From Octopus vulgaris (taxonomy: Eukaryota): a stretch of 64,000 bases of DNA. This document shows positions 13,379 through 32,009 of the stretch, piece after piece. A program made the translations under genes and the position numbers. Location: the NCBI GenBank assembly GCA_951406725.2, contig OX597816.1:160766001-160830000 (forward strand), in the 5' to 3' direction. The stretch's first letter is position 1; the number at the start of each line of letters is the position of its first letter. The notes under the pieces were generated by a model. That model was not told where the DNA came from. It worked only from the letters and a program-made list of their open reading frames with translations, and made no database searches.

Positions 13379-13564
13379 AGAAAGAAATATACATATTAAT
13401 GGCTTTCTGTAAAAATGTCAGCCTCTTGTACCAGTATCCAGCTGTTAGTTCTCTTCCAGATACCTTCCTATTGTACAGTTTGCTTACAACTGTGGTGAAC
13501 ATTTCGGGGTTGATTGTATGTTTTACAGTCAATATGAGCGTAGGTATACTGTATGTATGTATGC

Positions 13565-13637
<73 letters not shown>

Positions 13638-14267
13638 TGTTTGTGAGTATGTGCGCGCGCATACGTAGTATTACGACTTTATTAGAAGAATTATATACAC
13701 ACACACAAACGTATAAATACAAACACACTCGCGCACGTACACACACACATACATTTATATACGTGCGTGTGCGCATACACACATGCATAAGCACACACAC
13801 ATATAATTTACTGCTTCCTGTAAATATGTTAAATGCATTATTCATGGAATGCATAGAAGAAGCAACGCTTGTTGTACCGAGTACAGTCTGATTATATAAT
13901 TATATCCTCCAGCTCCTATAGTATTGAAATTGCCCGTATGAAAGACGAATGATGCTTTATTTATCCTGGAGCTCATCTAACAGAAAATATAAATAAATCG
14001 TTCAGGAAAGGAAGCCATATTTACTTCAGCTCAAAAGTTGAGAATCAGTACTGGAGTAGAGCATTATTGCTGTTTTGTGTTGTTGTTTTGAGTCCCAGGT
14101 TAGCGCTCTTTGAACAGACCTCTTTGAACCGAACCATGGTCAACTTCTGGGTGGGATGGATAATGCTTTTCATTTATATTTTCTTTCGAGATGGTGGGGT
14201 GCGGTTTAAGGGAGATTTGGCTGTTAGTAGCTCGGCCAGCGATTTAGAGAAGGGTTCCTTTATAGCT

Positions 14268-14480
14268 ATAGTGTTTCAGCCCAAAGGCTGTGGCCATACT
14301 GGGGCACCACCATTTCCATCACCTTTTCAATATCCATTCTCGTGTGGTTTGATGAATGAATGAGTTTGATATTGCTACCCTCAGTTAAGTTTCTTGTCGT
14401 TTTATAGGCTCATTTAGGATCTTGGATGGCAGAATAGTGAGGTGCTTTTTGAAAACATTTACCCCCATCACTATATGTAG
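14268..14480 (-). mobile_element. CR1-like LINE 3' fragment
   Basis: GVNVFKKHL..KILNEP remnant, then ggtggtgccccagtatggccacagcctttgggctgaaac tail. Confidence 0.65.
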
Positions 14481-14499
14481 ATTCAAATATAGTTACAAA

Positions 14500-14703
14500 T
14501 TTTGGTAAAAGGCCATTAAGATCGGAGTTGGGGAGTTAAGTTGATTGCATCAACCCCAGTACTCAACTGGTATTTATCTTATCGATCCCGAAATGATGAA
14601 ACGCATTGTCTACCACGGCGGAATTTGAACTCTGAACGTAAAGACGGACGAAATGCCACTAAGCATTTTCCCACTGCGCAAATGGTCCTGCTAGCTCGCC
14701 ACC
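14500..14703 (-). mobile_element. SINE family B
   Basis: Head ggcgagctagcag, B box, central domain. Confidence 0.8.
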
Positions 14704-14784
14704 TTATTCACAGCTGATATTAAAAGGTTTGATCCTCAAACAAGAAAAAAAAAAGATAGGGTGTAAAAGTAAAAGTTGTAGAGT

Positions 14785-14825
14785 GAAAATATAACGTTTC
14801 GGATATAGTCCTTCATCGGAGGCAA
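14785..14825 (-). ncRNA. Hammerhead variant (CCGATGA core) on a Penelope-like tail
   Basis: Reverse complement ccgatga a gga ctata tcc gaaac gtta. Confidence 0.5.
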
Positions 14826-15473
14826 AATGATATCCAGGGAGGGAAAGAAGGGAAAGAGGAAAAGAGATAAGGCACAGAAGAGCGAGGTGGTGGGGGCTGA
14901 TAAATGCACATGGTAACTCACAATCTGCATCTCTGGTTAAACGGAAGTGTGAGGAGTTATTGTTATTTTTAATGGTAACAGAGTGCCTACTGGTGTGTCT
15001 ATGCGTGTGAATAAATGTGTGTGTGAGTGTGATGGTACCTGTGTATATAGTGTGTATATGTTTATATATTTTCTTGTGTATCCATGTGTGCCCGTGTGTG
15101 TGTGAGTATAGGAGATATGAGCAGTATGTTCGTGTATGAGAGTGCTTGGTTGATAATATCAGCAGTGTTTGTGCGTGTGTTTCTGTGTGAGTGAGTGTAT
15201 GTAACTCTGCGTACACGTATATATGTGAGTGTGTGTGTGTGTGTGTGGCTTAGTTTGTGGTGCGTGTGTGTGCATGTTTAGGTACGACAACTCGGTAGTA
15301 GTGGTACGGTAGCAGTTAAAAGAATTGGGTCAAGAGGCCGAATGATGTGTGTGGACTTGCGCGTGTGTGTGTGTTCAGGTATGTGTAGGTGATATTTATA
15401 GTGTGTGCGCGTACGGACGGGGTGCATGTAAGTGCGAGTGTTAGACAAGTGGCATTGGTTGTATGCATGTGTG

Positions 15474-15521
<48 letters not shown>

Positions 15522-15767
15522 CGTGTCTTCGTGTCCTTGCGTATATGCGTACAGGCAAGCGCACACACACAAATATAAATAGATACATACATATGATTAT
15601 ACCCATATGAAAATGTAGTAAAAAGTGCATATAAAATTTTATATAAAAGTGTGTATGTGTGTGCGTGTGGACGTGTATGCGTGTGTGTCTGTATGTGTGT
15701 GTTTGAATGTGTGTGCGTTTGTGTGTCTGTGTGTGTGTCTATATAATGTATGTATGCACGCATATAT

Positions 15768-15928
15768 ATGTGGTAAGTAGCTTGCTTACCAACCACATGG
15801 TGCCGGATGCAGCCCCACTGCGTGGCACCTTGGGCAAGTGTCTTTTACTATAGTCTCGGGCTGACCAAAACCTTGCGAGTAGATTTGGTAGACGGAACTG
15901 AAAGAAGTCCGTTGTATATATGTATACA

Positions 15929-15984
<56 letters not shown>

Positions 15985-16190
15985 GGTGTGTGTGTCGGTG
16001 TTTGTGTTTGTCCCCCCCATCATCGTTTGACAACCGATGTTGGTGTGTTTACGCCCCCCGTAACTTAGCAGTTCAGCAAAAAAGACCGATAGGATAAATA
16101 CTAGGCTTACAAAGAATAAGTCCTAGGATCGACTTGTTGGACTAAAGGCGGTGCTTCAGCATGGCCGCATCTAAACGACTGAAGCATATT
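15768..16190 (+). mobile_element. SINE family A
   Basis: Head, body, (TG)n and tail all present. Confidence 0.9.
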
Positions 16191-16212
16191 TAAAGAAGTA
16201 TATATATATATA

Positions 16213-16246
<34 letters not shown>

Positions 16247-16314
16247 CTTACATACATATATACATACATACAAACACACACACACATATATATACACACA
16301 CACATATATATATT

Positions 16315-16551
16315 ATCTTTTACTTGTTTCAGGCATTAGACTACAACCATGCTGGGCCACCGCCTTGACGAATTTTTGAAGTCGAACGAATGAATCGCCC
16401 CCACCCAAATACTTTTTTTTTTTTTTTTTGAAAGCCTATACTTATCCTTTCTATCTCTCAGACCGAACCGCTAGGTTATGGAGAAGCAAACGCACCAACA
16501 CCGATTGTCAAGCGGTGTTGATAGAACAAACACAGGCACAATGACATACAC

Positions 16552-16600
<49 letters not shown>

Positions 16601-16944
16601 TTTAATGTAGGATAAAATTTTTTTCAAAAAAAATTTTATCAATGGCCAGCATATAAAAAAATACCTTTAAAGGTTAAAATTATAAACAACTTATAAATAA
16701 GGGCAAACGGGTATGAGTATCTCATTTATTTCTTTGCCACATTTATCACTGACGAAGGGAGGGTTCTCACGAACTAACCCTGAAATCGGTCCGATGTGGT
16801 AATAATAGAATTTTTTAGAAATTTCTGTTGGGTTTTTTTCGAGTAGCGTGCGTATTGTGAAAAATTATATGGTAATGGACAATATGTCCAATTTTCGGCA
16901 TATTTGGCATTAGAAATTTTTCGTTTGCCCTTATTTATAAGTTG

Positions 16945-17020
<76 letters not shown>

Positions 17021-17462
17021 TCATTTGCAAGGTAAGGGGTCATCGCTCCTATCTCTAGCCTTACGTGATACCTGTCCTCAGTGTGAGACAACCAGAAGCT
17101 AGTGACGAAAGCTCTCTTCGCTCGCAAATACTACACAATATAATGCATACACTACATATTTAATCGACACACAGTCGCTGATCTCGTTGTCTTAGCCCTA
17201 GGAAAGCATCTTTTCCAGCTGGCTATCGGCACACAGTAACATTGTCCTTTATAGGACTGTCACATTCTGTTGGCATATAAATTTTGCTATTCAGTACATA
17301 TATACACAACGGGCTTCTTTCAGTTTCCGTCTACCAAATCCCCTCACAAGGCTTTGGTCAGCCCGAGGCTATAGGAGAAGTCCCTTGCCCAAGGTGCTAT
17401 GCAGTGGGACTGAACCCAGAACCATGTAGTTGGGAAGCAAGCTTGTTACCACACAGCCACGT
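16315..17462 (-). mobile_element. SINE family A split by Penelope-like inserts
   Basis: Tail at 16315-16550 and head at 17300-17462; the insert has inverted arms 16687-16709 / 16922-16945. Confidence 0.7.
16737..16800 (+). ncRNA. Type I hammerhead ribozyme motif
   Basis: CTGACGA 16749-16755, stem II aggg/ccct, GAAA 16782-16785, GTC site 16789-16791, flanks ccacat/atgtgg. Confidence 0.7.
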
Positions 17463-17629
17463 CTAAGCTGTAGAGTAAAATGTCCGATAAGTACTGAGCA
17501 TTACATGAATTAATGAATGACAAAAGAACAGGGGGTACGTAGTCACTTTCATTAGCTTACAATGTTTCTGCTATAAGATGTCGTACGAGCACTCGGCTCT
17601 GAGTGCAATTATTCTTATATATTCTTATC

Positions 17630-17812
17630 TCAGGGAGATTCAGCGTAAAACAGAATGGGACATGGCTGGTCCTTTGAAATACACGTACAACACATTTTTA
17701 CCAGCTGGCGGGGTCTGGAGCAACGTGAAATAAAGTGTTTTGCTGAAGCACACAACACGCTGCCAGTGATCGAACTCACGGACTTACGACCGAGAGCCGG
17801 ATACCTAATTAC
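17630..17812 (-). mobile_element. Mosaic SINE (family D head, family C 3' part)
   Basis: 17715-17812 matches 45030-45117 and 54060-54170; 17630-17690 matches 52118-52178. Confidence 0.7.
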
Positions 17813-18227
17813 TACACACACACACACACTATATATACACATGTACTCTTACACATAAACGCACACTCGTACACACATATTCATATTCATGCACACACTT
17901 ATAGCAGTAGGCACTCTCTTGCCATGTAAAATAACATTCCCCACCTCCTACACTTCTGTTTAGTCAGAGATCGAGATTGTGAGTTACCTATGCACATTCG
18001 TCACCGGCTCCTGTTTTTTTTTTTTTTTTTTTTGTCTCTTACCTTTTTTTTTTCTCTCTTTCCGTTCTTCTCCTCTCTGGCATCCGTTTGTCCGAAACGT
18101 AACACTTTCTCTCTACAACTTATGCTGCGTATTGCTTTTTCCTTCTTCGAGTATCAACTTGTCACTACCAAGACATACACAAACAACTAAGCCACGCGCC
18201 TTCACATACATATCTGCATGCACACAC

Positions 18228-18286
<59 letters not shown>

Positions 18287-18889
18287 AAGCAAAATACCGC
18301 CATATTTCAAACCATAAATACATATATTGATTTCCGTTTTTCTTTTATCTCACCAACATTTCCCTTTCACACTATGCGTGTGACCCAAGAGTGCTCTATT
18401 TTCCTGAACATATTACATTATTATACCTTTACAGCACGTTTAGCTTAAGCTTGTTTCTTATGAACGTTAACACTGAACACTGCCACTATTCTTATCACTC
18501 TAGCTTATTGTCACGTGCTGTTTTGACCATATTGAATAATCGTATCACTTAGATCAATAGAGGTTTGCACTTCTGTTAATGGAAGTACGTAGAAAATATG
18601 AGATTTATTTACATTATTCATGATAGTAGTATTGCTTTTACATTTTAAAAACTCTAAACGTTTTTTTTTTATCTTTGCCGAACTCTCTGCTATACGCTTT
18701 GCACAAAATAATTTATGGGGTATTAACGATGAGCCAAAAGTGACAAAGTACAAAGAATGTAGTTGGTACAATAGCTGAAACCAACAGATTGTGCCAATAG
18801 ATCGCAATATGGTGTCAGACTTCGTGACTTTTGGTCCAACCTGCACACATACATACATACATACATACATAAATGCAGTTCTCTATTTA

Positions 18890-19069
18890 ATTAATGTACA
18901 TTATTTGCATTATGTACAATTGACGGATATTTTTCCTCGTGTTGTTTTTGTTAACACAACGTATCGGCTGATATACCCTCTAGCTTCCATCAGGTGTCTT
19001 AGGGAAATTTCGAACCTGGGCTCTCATTCCTTAGGTATTTTTCGATATTATTATTATTAGAGTAAAAGA

Positions 19070-19140
<71 letters not shown>

Positions 19141-19207
19141 TGTCACTGCCTGGAATCAAACTCGGAATCTTGGGGATGTAGCCCCCGCTCTCAACCACTA
19201 CGCCATA
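18890..19207 (-). mobile_element. tRNA-headed Penelope-tail element with decayed hammerhead
   Basis: A box tggcgtagtgg, B box gagtttgattcc, (AAT)n, ctgatggaagctag..cagccgatac, and a tail matching 6560-6727. Confidence 0.8.
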
Positions 19208-19555
19208 AGCGACATTGGGGCGACTGTCCACAGACGACGCTATGGTGACCAGAGCTCGCTCTGGGCGACATTGGGGCGACTGTCCACAGCTACCGGCCCA
19301 CAGTCGACGCTTTGGCGACCCCCACTCCAAGTGATCAACTGGTACTTATTTTATCGACACCGAAAGGAAGAAAGGCAAAGTAGACCTCGGTGGAATTTGA
19401 ACTCAGAACATAAAGACATGAAATGCTGGTATATATATATGTTTATATATATATGTATGTATGTATGTGTGTTTATATATATATGTTTATATATATATAT
19501 ATATATATAAACTTAGATATGTTTCGACCAATGATTGGTCCAGTCCATGTCTAAC

Positions 19556-19604
<49 letters not shown>

Positions 19605-19750
19605 TTATATATGTATGTATATATATATGAATGTATGTTTATATATGTATGTATATATATATGTTTATATATATATATATGTTTTTATATATATATGCAT
19701 ATGTATATATATGTATGTTTTTATATATATATATGTTATATATATGTATG

Positions 19751-19801
<51 letters not shown>

Positions 19802-19816
19802 TATATATATATGTAT

Positions 19817-19856
<40 letters not shown>

Positions 19857-19857
19857 C

Positions 19858-20007
19858 TTTTATGGGTTACAGTCAGAGGCTGAGGCCATGCTGGTGCACT
19901 GCCATTACTGCATCCGGGGATTTTTCCAGTATTGCTTCTGCTGAAGTAGCGTGTTGGACGTTGCCGCTCTTCTTTGTGCCTCCTGCCGCGATGTGGGTTC
20001 ATCCGGT
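19858..20007 (-). mobile_element. CR1-like LINE 3' fragment
   Basis: [17 protein letters not shown] matches the C-terminus of the 10872 LINE; tail ggcagtgcaccagcatggcctcagcc. Confidence 0.8.
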
Positions 20008-20008
20008 A

Positions 20009-24604
<4,596 letters not shown>

Positions 24605-24621
24605 TGTGTGTGTGTGTGTGC

Positions 24622-24674
<53 letters not shown>

Positions 24675-25278
24675 TCTGCTGCTTCACCAGCAGTGATAAG
24701 TTACAGGACTCAGTACAAATGTAGACTATTCATTAATACATTATAACTGGAAGGCTTCGATTTCCAGTACTCCGAGTTGCTCATTTCCGATCAACAGCTG
24801 GTGAACAGAGCCTGGTTTTCTTTTAAATATTCATTGACTATTTTTTGAAATATGAAATGAAAGCTTGAAGGAAACGGTTATCCTTATGTTCTTTCGTTTA
24901 GAAATGTTTGTGAGGAACACGTGCAAAAAACGGTTGCTTTAAGCTCATGTTTTTGATTTCATTTCTGGTTCTCGCGGTAATATTTATTATAAACATCATA
25001 AACTTCATACAATCGAAGTCATGAAATCGCATTACTGTTTAAGCAATGTTCTAAAATAATGCTTCGAGTTTTACTTTTAATTAATATTTTTAATTAATGA
25101 TTTAAAAAATAATGAGTGCATGCGGATGTTCATTTTGCATGCGCCTCTTCAGACGCATGCGTAGAGACATATGTACACTCATAGACACATATATATACAC
25201 AGAATTGTATATTTATGTATACATATATACATACATGTATACATATACACATATGCCTCAATTCATATAGTCACATAT

Positions 25279-25316
<38 letters not shown>

Positions 25317-25378
25317 TAAAACTTAAATCAATAGATCTTATTAATTCAGCAAATACATGTATGCATGTATATACATAC

Positions 25379-25443
<65 letters not shown>

Positions 25444-25448
25444 CATAC

Positions 25449-25539
<91 letters not shown>

Positions 25540-25622
25540 AATATTAGGGAATAAACCCAAATTTACAGGGAAAAAATCAGATTTAGGATTAAATCCAATT
25601 TTATAGTAAAATTTTATAGTAA

Positions 25623-25755
<133 letters not shown>

Positions 25756-25848
25756 CATATACATATATATAAATATATAAAAATTAGAAAAAAAAACGCC
25801 TTTTATCAATTCAAAATGAACGATTAAATTACACCATCTAGAAAATTA

Positions 25849-26040
25849 CCTCTTCGAAGGCTTTAACAAGCCAAATTATATGTAAATCATTCCATGTAAA
25901 CCGCAAGGTAATTGGTTAAAATAAAGGCTGGTTCTATGCCAGTAATATCGGTACGCCTGGTAAACCGTGATGTTTAAGTGGCATGCGGATTGGTCAAAAC
26001 TGTATTCCAAAAATTCGGCTTGTTGAAGCCTTCTAAGAGG
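25849..26040. mobile_element. MITE with ~30-bp TIRs and TA duplication
   Basis: cctcttcgaaggctttaacaagccaaatt / aattcggcttgttgaagccttctaagagg, with TA on both sides. Confidence 0.75.
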
Positions 26041-26326
26041 TACAAAAAGGAAGAGGTCAGTCATTTTACTACAGTTGTCAAGAACTCAACTGTCAGTTAA
26101 ATATATTTTGAAATCTGATGAATACTACGAACGTATGAAAGCGCTAATTGAACTTTATGAACATTACTAAATATTTTTTAATGTTTAACACACTTCAACA
26201 TTGTAAAAGAATGTTTTTTAAATATCATAATAAAAAACGTGAAAACCAGACTATGTCTTAACTTTATCCAACAAATTCGGCAAAAAATATATATGTATAC
26301 AGACACGCACACATACACACACATAC

Positions 26327-26367
<41 letters not shown>

Positions 26368-26562
26368 CACACATACATATATCGAACACACACAATGTAT
26401 GTGTTTTGTTAGTTCGTGTACAGGCTGCGATTTTAGGCGTAAGAGAATATATTCTCATGAATTCGCCTGGCGTTAAAACACCTAGAAGTCATAGACAAGC
26501 GAGATAACTCGTATCATGTCCCGTCACAGGAACGATAAGCGCTAATGTTTAATACTACGTAC

Positions 26563-26670
26563 CTGAAACGAGGCCAGATGCAAGCTAACTCTCCTTCTAT
26601 GACTATATACAAAATTGTGTAAGAACCATCTACTGGCATGTCCCAACGTTTCATTCCACGGGTAAAAAAA
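26563..26670 (-). CDS. Candidate 108-nt exon (FFTRGMKRWDMPVDGSYTILYIVIEGELACIWPRF)
   Basis: Acceptor atatttcag, donor ag|gtacgt, open frame, phase 2-2. Confidence 0.35.
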
Positions 26671-26724
26671 CTGAAATATGACTTAAAAGCAGCCCGGGTG
26701 ATATAAACAACAACGAAAACACTC

Positions 26725-27303
<579 letters not shown>

Positions 27304-27439
27304 TGTGACTTGCCAATACTGTGTACCAGCTAGACCATCCTCGGATCTCAAATTTAACCAACGAAAATGTTGCTACAACACATCTCCAACAACCGAATTA
27401 TCATTCAACAGTATGATACCCAAAAATTTTTTAACTTAC

Positions 27440-27527
27440 CAAGGATTATATAAAACCAAGATGTACTGACAGATACCATAGTCCAATGGTGGTCTACTTG
27501 GCCGAAACTTCGAAGTCATTATCAATA
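27440..27527 (-). CDS. Candidate exon (LIMTSKFRPSRPPLDYGICQYILVLYNP)
   Basis: Strong donor tg|gtaagt and phase-2 end that joins the 26670 exon in frame; acceptor is weak. Confidence 0.3.
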
Positions 27528-28137
27528 CTATTCTTGTTACAGAATTTTGTGCGTGCGCGTTTATGTGTATGTGTATGTGTGAGTGCGTCTCTGTGTGTAT
27601 GTGTGCGTGTGTGTGTCAGTGTGTGTATGTGTGTGTGTGTATATGTGTGTATATGTGTGTGTATGTGTGCGTATGAGTGTATATTTGTGTGTGTATGTGT
27701 GCATGTTTGTGTGTTTGTGTGTGCACGTGTGTGTGTATGTGTGCGTGTAAGTGTGTGTCTCTGCGTGTGTATGAGTGTGTGTGCGTGTGTGTGTATGTGT
27801 GCGTCCGTGTAGGTGTGTGTGTGTGCTACTGAGTGATCAAAAAGAAAGAAAGTAGCACTCAACTCATTTTGGCTGGGGTTACATGTATTTGCTAACAACT
27901 TGACTCAGTTCCTACTTAGAGTTTCGTGGGCGTAGGACACGTTCATTTCTCAGCAGATGTTCGGAGACAGAATTCTACGCCCACGAAACCTTAAGTAATG
28001 TAACGCCGACTCAAACTGTTACTAAATATACATACACACCTATACACACACGCACACACGTATGTGCACATGAGTATATCTATATCAATCTTTCTATGTG
28101 TGCGTGTGTATGTATAGATAGATAGATAAATTGCTAG

Positions 28138-28669
<532 letters not shown>

Positions 28670-29499
28670 GCCATTACAAATAGCATGGCTTCAGTATTAT
28701 ATATTAATGCAATTCTGCTCTTTAACTGTGTTTTGCTCTTAACTCAGCACCTGGTCTGTCTGTTTTCTGCTGTGTCTACCTACCATCAGCCAATATTCTT
28801 ACACTATAAGATATTAACATCACCAACACCTGGTTTGTCTATTATTGCTGTCTTTACAAACACTCTGTATTCATGCAGTATGAAGATAACTAACATATCC
28901 ATCACCTAGTTACTGCGTTTTTATTTTGCTTCCCGTTTCCTCATATTTTTTTAGCCATAAAACAAATAAACTATTTATTATGCTTGTTTTATTTTATTGT
29001 GGTTTAGTCTACTTTATTTTATTTTCCCACACAGGTGAAATAATTAGAAAATTTGCAGTTGGTTAGGTATATTAATGCTGTACCGACTGGAGAGCAGACA
29101 TTTTATAATAACCTCGTCGTTGACTTTTTGCTACATACTTCACACGGGAGTACCTTTATGCTGACTGTCGGCTTGCTAGAAATAACAACCTAATCTCCAT
29201 TAAATCCCTATATCACAATCTATCGTTTAAAAAATAAAGAACAATGTAGTCCCCCCCTCTCTCTCTCTCTCTGTTTAGGACATTTTCTTTTCTGTGTTCA
29301 TCCGTTAAGCTTTTGCTAAAGATTGGATCAAATATTTATATTTTGACTATTTACATAATGGATCGGGCGAGGCATGCACTGACTTTAGCCTTGACAGGAA
29401 GGTGGACTGGATTATTGATGATTAAATGTCTTTAGTCATTTAGTCTTAGAGATACGAACCAATAACCATTTGGCTCGTATTCCGATACTTTATCTACTC

Positions 29500-29682
29500 C
29501 AGTGGTTTTTAAAATCCAGCCCAGATCTCAAACTTGGATTTTTATGGAAGGCCAACAAAAAAAGTAAAATATAAGTCAATTAAAGAAAAAAATATTTTAT
29601 TTTTAGAGGAAAGAACATCAGAGGCCGCCCGAGGGATGCTTGGGGCCTCATGCACCCTGGGAGCCGCGGTTGAGAACGGCTA
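29500..29682. mobile_element. hAT-like MITE
   Basis: Termini cagtggtttttaaa / ggttgagaacggct. Confidence 0.45.
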
Positions 29683-29714
29683 TTCTGCTCAGTTGTTACC
29701 ACCTTTCCTTTCAG

Positions 29715-30390
29715 CTTTGTAACTGGTCAACTTCAAATGGGGATCCACAGAACACATATTAAGATCTGCTGCTCTGACTTTGTGCTGTTCCTCGACGGAG
29801 TATGCATATCATGTCAGGGAGAAATCAACTCATACCAAGAAACTTGACTCGGTTTTGAACATGCTTGCTGCCTGATCATTGATTGTATGAACCCCACCAA
29901 CACAAACAACACGCATCTTCTCGTCGGTATTGTCCCTGCTATCTCGAATCGAGATAAGAAAGGCTACAATGGATGAACGTCAACCCACGACCCATCAGTT
30001 GAAATCATGAAGAAACATTCTCAGCTGATGTCCAGCTTCTAGCAACATCTCGGGAAGAACCCAGGTTGCTCTCAAGTTCTGAATGTGGAAGCTTAAGAAC
30101 GACCCTCCTCCAACTGACATGGGAACCTCTCCTTGCTAGAGATCTAACCCCTGACTCAGAAGCACCATAGATTCACTAGATGACACTCAACCACTCGAAA
30201 ATAAGAATGGGATGATCAAAAGTTGCTTTAGTTAGACGGCGCAACCACCTGAGAATGTGATGAAACAGACCATACTGTGGAGCAATGCCATGTCTGCCCT
30301 CTCCTGCCCAACTTCTGTAGTTCAAAAGATCTCACAGAGCTGAACACAAATGCAAAGAACTATGTAAAGAAATGGGAACTGTCATAACCA
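29715..30390 (+). pseudogene. Vingi/Ingi-like LINE relic
   Basis: [45 protein letters not shown] matches the post-RT WGA..LR..AL.L..S.AEY pattern. Confidence 0.65.
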
Positions 30391-30814
30391 TTATGCTTCG
30401 AACAATCGAAAGAAGAAAATTACTTTTCCTATGCCTAATAAACCGAAGTGAGCGTTGTTAAAATATATGAATATTGACTTTATATGTTGAGGAAATCTAT
30501 ATCTTTGACTGCTACGATAATAAATACTTGTATAAATAAACATTTGTCTTTGGTGTTGCTGACAGTGTTGCCAATGTTGCAAAGGTATTCAGTTTATTAA
30601 TCTCTGTCAGTGGAGGTGGGGTAGAGTTCTACGTTGTAAACAGCCAGTGACTAAAGCAACTGGTTTCTTCTGTGAAACAGTGCAGGATCCTCAAGGAGAG
30701 GAATAAAATTGAATGACGTTCCCACTTGTCTCGAGGAGAGTAGAGGCTACATTTGTTAAGGCACTTACTCCATTGACCAAAGGCTCTGGTGTTTGATAAT
30801 AATAATAGTAATAA

Positions 30815-30930
30815 TTATGCTGTGATGCCATAAGAGCATCACAGCAAAACACAGCATATACCCAAGGCACACAAAGCTGCGCTCGGTAGTGAAGTGAAAG
30901 CACGCTATAAAACTAAAACTACTGAATAAT
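30815..30930 (+). mobile_element. Dong/R4-like 3' end in (AAT)n
   Basis: caaggcacacaaagctgcgctcggtagtgaagtgaaagcac is the inverse of 32010-32055, which is attached to REL coding sequence. Confidence 0.7.
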
Positions 30931-30937
30931 AATGATG

Positions 30938-31037
<100 letters not shown>

Positions 31038-31081
31038 GAGGAGGAGGAAAGATTATCAGATTATTATTATTAATATTATTA

Positions 31082-31935
31082 TTTTTTTTCCTCTTTCAAA
31101 TTTGCTTCCATTTCTTGCCGAGTGTCTTCCCGACTCCTAGGGCAAAGAAACTCATAGTATACATTGGTAGGCCATTAAACTAAACTCACTAGTTCGTTCA
31201 TTTTTTTTTTTAAGATAAATTAAAATACATGGGTAGTAATAGTTCTCACATCGACAATGCTCTTCTCAATACGTGTGATGTACCAGTTAAGACAATCTTT
31301 TGCACTTCTTGCAGGGATGGTAAGCCAGGGATCATTCTCATATAATTTTCGGTTCCCTTCTTGATCATTCCTAGTGTTCCTACGATCACTGGTATTGTAA
31401 CCGCCTTGAGATGCCACATTTTCTCAATTTCAATGAGCAGGTCTTTATATTTTCTGAGCTTGTCAAACTCTTTCCTCACATTTGCCAATTTGTTCTCGTC
31501 CAAATAGGGCCTACTGTCTTGATTCCGTGTTCTCCATATACTGTAAGAGTTTGCGGTGTGTCTCTCTTGAGATGGCCTACCTAATGCATAGTAATAAGCG
31601 TATATTACTTCTTTATACTCTTCTCGGGTCCATTTGTTCCGCTTACATTTTTCTTTCTGTGGTGGTTGTGGTGGTGAACTTGGAGGGCTCGAGTTGGGGA
31701 ATTTCCCGTTCAAGTGACCATCCATGTCCGTATTCGGAGAAGAGTTTGTGTCAGTTGATGACTTTTCGATCCCAGGCTGGCTCTTCCCTGGGGGACGAGC
31801 TTCCAGATTAACCATAGGACAAGCGATTTGTTTCCAAAAACATTTTGGTGCTACGATAATGTTATCATTTTTTAGCTTTGATTGGCTTGTGAGGAGACGG
31901 CCATCATTGCCGTTACAATTATAATCGTCTGCCGT
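31082..31935 (-). mobile_element. Internally deleted Dong/R4-like element with fused 189-aa ORF (31246-31815)
   Basis: N-terminal KWTREEYKEVIYAYY block joined in frame to the REL C-terminus KLRKYKDLLIEIEKMW..IPVIVGTLG..QKIVLTGTSHVLR; TAA repeats on both sides. Confidence 0.85.
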
Positions 31936-31940
31936 TATTA

Positions 31941-32004
<64 letters not shown>

Positions 32005-32009
32005 CATCA

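Noticed and set aside
31860-31935. HDV-like ribozyme at the 5' end of the R4 derivative (tcctc motif)
   Set aside because: Could not build convincing P1/P2/P3 pairings by eye.
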